The notes under the pieces were generated by a model. The model was not told the DNA's origin and made no database searches. It saw only the letters and a list, made by a program, of their open reading frames with translations. The translations under genes were made by a program, and so were the position numbers. From NCBI GenBank assembly GCA_963805855.1, contig CAWDVW010000002.1, positions 1-64,000 of the forward strand: a stretch of DNA of 64,000 bases. The letters are read 5' to 3'. Below, piece after piece: positions 57,865 to 64,000 of the stretch (position 1 is its first letter; the number at the start of each line of letters is the position of its first letter). The DNA is from Candidatus Dadabacteria bacterium (lineage in GTDB: Bacteria > Desulfobacterota_D > UBA1144 > Nemesobacterales > CSP1-2).

Positions 57865-58557
57865 TTAATTCAACATTCCATTGCGAAAACAATGAAGTAT
57901 TAGCTGAGACCTGCTCTTTAAAGAAAGTTTCTTGAAAACTTTATACAAATGAAATTTTACTGTCTTTTCACTTAGGTACAGATTTTCAGCAATCTTTTTG
58001 TTAGAATCACCATTCACAACCATTTTTACAATGTTGAGCTCCGCATTAGTTAAATCATATAATGTGCTTGTTCGTGATCGCCTTCTTTTAATGTCAGGAT
58101 ATAAGAAGGCGTCAAAAGCCTTAGCCGTGATCTTTCTTTCTATCCAAAGTTGACCCTCGTGGACAGCATTTATAGCCTTCCTGAGCTGCATTGAATTTGA
58201 ATCCTTCAATATATAACCTCTTAACCCCGAAGATATAGCATCTACCAGTCCATCTTCATCGTAGTGTTTGTCAACGATCAATATGACCTTTCCACTATTC
58301 TTCTTCTTTACCAACCGCAGAATCTTTTTGAGATTTAATCCATTTAAATCCACTGAAACCAACAATACGTCAAATGAATATTCTTGACAGCTTTGAATCA
58401 CTTCTAAAGGATTAGAAGTCTCGGAGACAATTTCAATGTTTTTATCCTCTTTCAGTATCGTCGCTATTCCCTCCCTAAATAATCTATTATTTGAGGCTAA
58501 AATTATGTTGATTTTTTTATTCTTTGTTGAACTAAGAGTTTCCTCTGATTCTATCAT
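57865..58557 (-). CDS. LuxR/NarL-family regulator with pseudo-receiver (phospho-Asp position reads Ser)
   Basis: ILASNN..DVLLVSVDL..LWIERK..SNKKIAENLYLSEKTVKFHL. Confidence 0.88.
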   Translation of the reverse strand: MIESEETLSSTKNKKINIILASNNRLFREGIATILKEDKNIEIVSETSNPLEVIQSCQEYSFDVLLVSVDLNGLNLKKILRLVKKKNSGKVILIVDKHYDEDGLVDAISSGLRGYILKDSNSMQLRKAINAVHEGQLWIERKITAKAFDAFLYPDIKRRRSRTSTLYDLTNAELNIVKMVVNGDSNKKIAENLYLSEKTVKFHLYKVFKKLSLKSRSQLILHCFRNGMLN

Positions 58558-58588
58558 AATATATCACCAATAGTTCTCATAAAAAATT

Positions 58589-59101
58589 CTAAAGCATTTC
58601 AATGTCCTGTATATGAACTTCAACGCTTACAGATCTTTTAATCAGATCAACAGATAATACAACAAGATGTTTTGATGACCTTTTGTCTATAACTTTCCCT
58701 ACGATGCCTGCGAGAGGACCATTCTTTATTTCAGCCTCTGCTCCAACATTAATATAGGGGTAAGAATCATATTTGAGATCGCTGTTAACGAGCTTAACGA
58801 CCGATTCAATTTGCTCATTAGGAATTGGGTAAGGCACTCCATTTATGCCAACCATTCTTAATACGCCCTTAGAATAGATGACATTATGTACATCTTTTTG
58901 AAGTATATTTACAAAAACGTAGGAGGGGAAAAGAGGCACAGTAATTAATTTTTTACGATCTTTCCACCTGGATAAAACGCTTCTTAAGGGTAAAAAGGTT
59001 ATAATACCCCCCCTCACGAGAAATTCGTTGGTTAACTTCTCGTGACGACTTTTCGTATAAACTGCATACCAGCGTAGTAAATCAGATTGTGAAGTATTCA
59101 C
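58589..59101 (-). CDS. UpxY/RfaH-type NusG-paralogue transcription antiterminator
   Basis: WYAVYTKSRHEK, WKDRKKLITVPLFPSYVFV and the KOW motif IKNGPLAG. Confidence 0.9.
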   Translation of the reverse strand: MNTSQSDLLRWYAVYTKSRHEKLTNEFLVRGGIITFLPLRSVLSRWKDRKKLITVPLFPSYVFVNILQKDVHNVIYSKGVLRMVGINGVPYPIPNEQIESVVKLVNSDLKYDSYPYINVGAEAEIKNGPLAGIVGKVIDKRSSKHLVVLSVDLIKRSVSVEVHIQDIEML

Positions 59102-59292
59102 CCCATCTCTCGTTGTAATGAAAATTCAAGTCCCCCATCTCATATAATAAAACAGATTTATAAGTATAACCCACAATACAAATATTTTTCTGTCAGATAT
59201 TCACTGATTCTGTTGTAGGTGTTTGCCCTATAACCCTATGGGATTAAAGCGAAAAAAGTGTTGGCGGAGATTAATTTACTTAAATACCAGGT

Positions 59293-59931
59293 TCAATCTA
59301 CAAGACCGTTTTTCATGCAGTAACGTATAATTTCCGCGTTCGATTGTAGATTCATTTTTTGCAGAATGCGTGCCCGGTATGTGCTTATGGTTTTAACACT
59401 CAGATACATGTTTTCAGCTATTCCCTTTAAGGTCTTCCCAGAAGCAATCAAACACAAAACCTGGTACTCACGGCGGGACAATTGATGATGGAGAGGCTTT
59501 TCAGTATCTGCTTCTAATTCTAAATTAATTGCCAATTTCTCAGCTAATGATGAACTGACGTATTTACCTCCAGCAAGCACTTTTCTTACTGCTTTTGCCA
59601 ACTCCTTAGGAACACTATCTTTTGTTACATAGCCAGCTCCTCCTAACTTCAGAGCACGCACAGCAAATTGATCTTCAGGATGCATACTCAAAATAAGCAC
59701 AGGAAGATTTGGACGTAGATGCTTCACTTCTCTTAGTACATTCAGACCGTTATCGCCTGGCAGGGTAATATCCAATATCAAAACATCCCAATTCTCTTCC
59801 CTTAGACATTTGAGTGTCTCTTCGGCATCTTTAGCTTCGCCAAAACTCTCAAAATCCGGCTCCCCTGCCAGAATTTGTTTTACCCCTTCCCGAACGACGG
59901 CGTGATCATCTGTAATTAGCACTTTTGCCAT
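59293..59931 (-). CDS. Canonical NarL/UvrY-type response regulator
   Basis: ITDDHAVVREG, ILDITLP, LSMH, YVTK and LSVKTISTYR. Confidence 0.92.
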   Translation of the reverse strand: MAKVLITDDHAVVREGVKQILAGEPDFESFGEAKDAEETLKCLREENWDVLILDITLPGDNGLNVLREVKHLRPNLPVLILSMHPEDQFAVRALKLGGAGYVTKDSVPKELAKAVRKVLAGGKYVSSSLAEKLAINLELEADTEKPLHHQLSRREYQVLCLIASGKTLKGIAENMYLSVKTISTYRARILQKMNLQSNAEIIRYCMKNGLVD

Positions 59932-61897
59932 GACTTTTACCCATACTCTTTAGAGGTACCTTTACTGTAATTGTTGTACCTTTTTTTGGTACACCATTGA
60001 TTTTGAGCTCTCCTCTCAACAAAAGTGCTCGTTCTCTCATTCCTATCAACCCAATAGATTTAGGATCTGAAATCTTACTGTTTCTAATTCCTTTTCCATT
60101 ATCCCTAATTTCGAGAATCAGATGTCTCGCATTCTTCCTCAATTTTGTGCTTACCCTGGTTGCATCTGCATGTCGAGCCACATTTGTCAAGCTTTCCTGA
60201 AATACACGAAAGATCGCTGTTGACTTATCTTCATCCAATTCGACATGATCGACATTTGAGCGAATATCACAATTTATTCCGGTTCGCGTATTGAATTCCT
60301 GGGCTTGCCATTCCATCGCTTCGATAAGACCAAGGCCGTCCAATATCCCTGGTCTTAATTCTGTGGCAATCTGTCGTACCTTACGAATAGAGCCATCTAC
60401 CAGTTCGGATATACATTTTGTCTTATCCGAAACGCGTTGCTGTACCTTAAGAGTTTCAGAAGATAATATTCTTTCTATTAGAGACAGCTCCATTTTTAAT
60501 GCCGTCAATTCCTGACCCAGCTCATCGTGAACTCCACGCGCAATTCTGGTTCTTTCCTCCTCCCGCACGGACTGCAAATGGCCGGCAAGTGCTCGCAGTT
60601 GTTCACGAGAATTTCTTATTTCTTTTTCTGCTCGCTTGCGCTCGGCGATTTCTTTTACTAGTAGCGCATTCGCCTTTGCGAGGTCGGCGGTCCTTTCCTC
60701 AACACGCTGTTCCAGGTCGTCGTGCGCTTTTTTCAACGCCTCCGCGTGCATTGCGTAGGTTATGGATGTCTCGATTTGCTGGGCTAGTTTTACAAGCAGC
60801 TTAATCTCTTCCTTATCGAAGACTCTTTTTTTATAAGAATTAACACCTAAGACCCCGATAATCTTACCATCATTTCTCATGGGCATAGTCACATAGCTCT
60901 TGATTCCTAATTCTCTTCCGGCTTGACCGATGATTTTATCTTTATCGGTATCAGGCACGTGCATGAGCTCGCCATCTAAAATAGTTTTCCAAATAAATCC
61001 CTTGGGATAAGGAATTTTTCCTATCCGCTTAATGAACCAAGCGGGCAAGCCTCTATGAGCCTTTAGAACTGCTTCCCTACCCTCTACAAGGAAAACTCCG
61101 GCATTGTGTACTTCATCCATGTTTTCAATCATTGCATCAAGAGCGTTATCAATGACTTGTTGGAAATTGATTGACTGATTGACGCTCTTTGCCACAGCGG
61201 AAATGATTTTTTCATAACTATTCTTTCTTGAAACGTCTTTATACAACTTCGCTTTTGCAACCGCTGTTCCAATTTGATTACCTATTGAAGAAAGTAAATC
61301 TATTTGTTGCTTATTATATTTATGTTCGTTATAACTAGCGAACCAAATGACTCCCATAACCTTTTTTTCCAGAATGATCGGTATCGCCAAAGCGCTCTGA
61401 TGTCCAAGTTTCTTTCCTGCGTGACCTATATCTTTATCCTTTTGAATGTTATCAATATTGACTACTTCCCCTAATTTAATTACTTTCCAAGTGACTCCAG
61501 CGGGATTGGGTATTTCCCCAGCTCTACGGATGTAATCGTCACTAAGGTTTCTATGTGCTTGGAGGACTGCTGTATTTCTATCAACATCTATCAAATAAAT
61601 CATAGCAATGTCTACGTACTCTAATGCTGTGACCTCATCTAATGCGATTTTGTATACCTGTCGTAAGTCAAGTAGCTGATGGACGGCTTGAGAAATTCTA
61701 TTTAATATTTCTAAGTCCTTATTCCTACTGGTTAGATCAAGGTAGAAAGCTTTAAGCTTATCAGCGTGTTCCTGGGATTTCCCAAACAACATGGCGTCGT
61801 GGCAAAATGCCTTCAACGCTTCAAATCTTTGATTCGTATCTGCTAACTCGGTTACGAGTTGATCTTTTGTCTGAGAATCAATTTTCATGTTCACCAC
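59906..61897 (-). CDS. Cytoplasmic sensor histidine kinase with two GAF domains and a HisKA_3 core
   Basis: Two GAF-like repeats, EEERTRIARGVHDELGQ, QESLTNVARHA, DNGKG and GLIGMRER. Confidence 0.92.
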   Translation of the reverse strand: MVNMKIDSQTKDQLVTELADTNQRFEALKAFCHDAMLFGKSQEHADKLKAFYLDLTSRNKDLEILNRISQAVHQLLDLRQVYKIALDEVTALEYVDIAMIYLIDVDRNTAVLQAHRNLSDDYIRRAGEIPNPAGVTWKVIKLGEVVNIDNIQKDKDIGHAGKKLGHQSALAIPIILEKKVMGVIWFASYNEHKYNKQQIDLLSSIGNQIGTAVAKAKLYKDVSRKNSYEKIISAVAKSVNQSINFQQVIDNALDAMIENMDEVHNAGVFLVEGREAVLKAHRGLPAWFIKRIGKIPYPKGFIWKTILDGELMHVPDTDKDKIIGQAGRELGIKSYVTMPMRNDGKIIGVLGVNSYKKRVFDKEEIKLLVKLAQQIETSITYAMHAEALKKAHDDLEQRVEERTADLAKANALLVKEIAERKRAEKEIRNSREQLRALAGHLQSVREEERTRIARGVHDELGQELTALKMELSLIERILSSETLKVQQRVSDKTKCISELVDGSIRKVRQIATELRPGILDGLGLIEAMEWQAQEFNTRTGINCDIRSNVDHVELDEDKSTAIFRVFQESLTNVARHADATRVSTKLRKNARHLILEIRDNGKGIRNSKISDPKSIGLIGMRERALLLRGELKINGVPKKGTTITVKVPLKSMGKSHGKSANYR

Positions 61898-62059
61898 CCC
61901 AAATCGGCTTATTATTCATATTAATAATACCTTAATAGGTCGGAGTGAAACAAGTAACGGAGTTAGATCATATAAAAATCCCTCGAAATTTGACTTAGTA
62001 TCTCCTGGTTATCTAGGACTCAAGCCATTGGAGATACTACGATGATTGGAGCCTTTGAA

Positions 62060-62727
62060 TTGCAACTAACACAGAAGCTGGCAAAGGGGTATTAGAAATG
62101 TACTAAGAGGAGGAAGGGTGAGATTCTCAAAAAGTATTCTCTACTTACGGAGGTGAGTAGAAATACCGAATTAAAGAGGCTTTGCAAAGAGATAAGGAAT
62201 ATTTCCCCAGAGTGTTTCCAAAAGAGAACAGTTATACGAGGCGTGGACCCAAGAATATGTTCAACGCTATCCAGAGGGAGATAATAAGGAGATGCTGGGA
62301 ACTGGGCGAGAATATCTGCGCAGTGAGGCTCCATCCTATGTTATCGAGATACATAGATCAACTGGATACAAAGGGAATGCTGAAGATCTGCCTTAGCGAG
62401 GATATAGACATAACAAAGCGCATTTCCCTTGGGATATTAAAGAGGGTTATCTCCTTTCCCAAAACGGGTAGTAAAAAACACAAGGGAATTGCTTCAATTT
62501 ACAAACAGACCCCCATTGCAGCCTACTTCTCTCAATTCGCAGATAGGCCTGGATACGTAATGATAGACTTTGTTGAACGGAATGGAGCTGTATCCTCAGA
62601 TCTATTTGTAGTTACCGGTACGTATACAGATATCTTCTCGGGTTGGGTAGTTAGAGCAGATTGGCTGGGCAGAAATCAACATAGCGTCTCAAGCATTGGC
62701 AAGATAGGTACTAGTCAAAATAAATAA
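62060..62727 (+). pseudogene. Degenerate DDE/integrase-core transposase
   Basis: Y*KCTKRRKGEILKKY in an upstream frame, then ICAVRL..PGYVMIDFV..TDIFSGW, truncated. Confidence 0.65.
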
Positions 62728-63459
62728 TTTGTAAGCGCGCTGACGGCAATAAAGTCTACCATCCCACAAACTTGAAAAAGCGCGAAAAATGAAAAGTTGA
62801 TACTACTATTTCCAGGGGGGGCTAATCGAAGATTTCTAATTAATTTGGTCAAGCATAAAGTGCTCGAAGACTTCTTAAACATTAGGCCAAGCTAGTATAC
62901 AAGAATCCTTGAAACGCGTATTTCCCTATAACATCCTCATTTACTTATATGTTAAATGGAGTTATAAGTATTTGTTATAATTGCAAGTTGATGGGGCTAA
63001 TAATTCATGTTTCAATTTTGGTTGCTTACGTTATCCCATTTTAATTAGGGTGGTAAAGTTTTTATCAAGCAGTTATAGCCAAGAGAAAATGAAAGGATTT
63101 ATGCATAAGAGAAACGGACCTCTTTTACTGTTATAAGTTATAATATTAAAAATTAGATAAAATACCAAGCTTTTCCATAATCTATAATCTTATGATCGTT
63201 CTATGTGATTCAAAAAGCGAGAGCAGTTGTGTTAGAGTTGTAATTTTTGGGATATTTAGGTTGGCAAGTCCAGCAATTTTATCATTCACCATAATTGACT
63301 TGCATCCAGTCAAACTCGATAACTATCTCGATGTATATTCGGAAAAACCATCATAGACGAATTTCTAAAAAGGAAATGAAATAAATAAGAAGTGACTGAG
63401 GATTTTGCTATGGCGGTATTTACTAGCTTGATCGAAAAGGAAGAAAAGAACGTAGCTCA

Positions 63460-64000
63460 ATGAAAGACTTGGAAAGTTTAAAACCTGACAAGTTCCCCGA
63501 CATTACTCACCAAAGGCAGCCTACAAGAATTAGGGAAAAACAAATATCAGATACTATGCAAATCGCTCCCCGCATTGAACCAGATGAACCCAAAACTATG
63601 ATAGGTATTTCAGAACATATTACAAGGCTAAAGAAGGCAGTGGAAAAGCTAACTCAAACTCAAGGTCGTCTAACAATATTGAACACCATAATTAAAACTA
63701 TTGGGTCAAACAAGTCAGTTAATCGAGTTGTCAAACTAACCGTTAATAAAACTAGTGAGTATTTCAAAGATCTTCGCGTATCTTATTCAACGATTGGTTA
63801 TAACGGCAAGATGAATCTGATTTATTCTAGAGAGACTCAAGGAATGTCAGTCTCGAACGGTTTAAAGTTAGACCTCTCAATGACACCAGAATATTTAGGC
63901 TTCTTACAGAGACGAGAACTAGTCATTATCGAAGATATTAATGGTGACCAGAGGTCAGCGCCCTACGGCAAAATATTTTCGGCATTTGGTAGCCGCGCAT
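63460..64000 (+). CDS. GAF-domain sensory protein, N-terminal part (runs off the window end)
   Basis: Open frame from ATG 63460: ..LTILNTIIKTIGSNKSVNRVVKLTV..RVSYSTI..LQRRELVIIEDI.. Confidence 0.6.
   Translation, partial: MKDLESLKPDKFPDITHQRQPTRIREKQISDTMQIAPRIEPDEPKTMIGISEHITRLKKAVEKLTQTQGRLTILNTIIKTIGSNKSVNRVVKLTVNKTSEYFKDLRVSYSTIGYNGKMNLIYSRETQGMSVSNGLKLDLSMTPEYLGFLQRRELVIIEDINGDQRSAPYGKIFSAFGSRA

Overview
The window has two halves that look like they come from different organisms, joined abruptly at about 33,100 inside a gene. The left half (1 to ~33.1 kb) is GC-rich, Rhizobiales-like and full of single-base frameshifts, most likely long-read errors. It holds two ABC-uptake/phosphoesterase modules with their regulators, then an accessory/defence region: a PD-(D/E)xK nuclease, tandem IS5-type HTH domains beside a 9-bp motif array, DUF3102, a serine recombinase, a DUF6880 remnant, a ~2000-aa DUF4011-helicase-nuclease-DUF3320 (Hhe-like) protein and a YhaN/YhaO pair. 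That region ends at a tRNA-Gly(CCC) 3' fragment. A second copy of the tRNA 3' end brackets a lone nucleotidyltransferase gene. The right half (~33.1 to 64 kb) is AT-rich and almost entirely minus-strand. It is a Wzm/Wzt surface-polysaccharide locus (glycosyltransferases, methyltransferases, APS kinases, uxs, ugd, glmS). It also carries two truncated UDP-glucose-dehydrogenase paralogues, three atypical CsgD/VpsT-like regulators, a UpxY-type antiterminator, a GAF two-component system and REP-like intergenic palindromes. All family calls come from motif recognition by eye, with no database searches. Coordinates of frameshifted genes are approximate.
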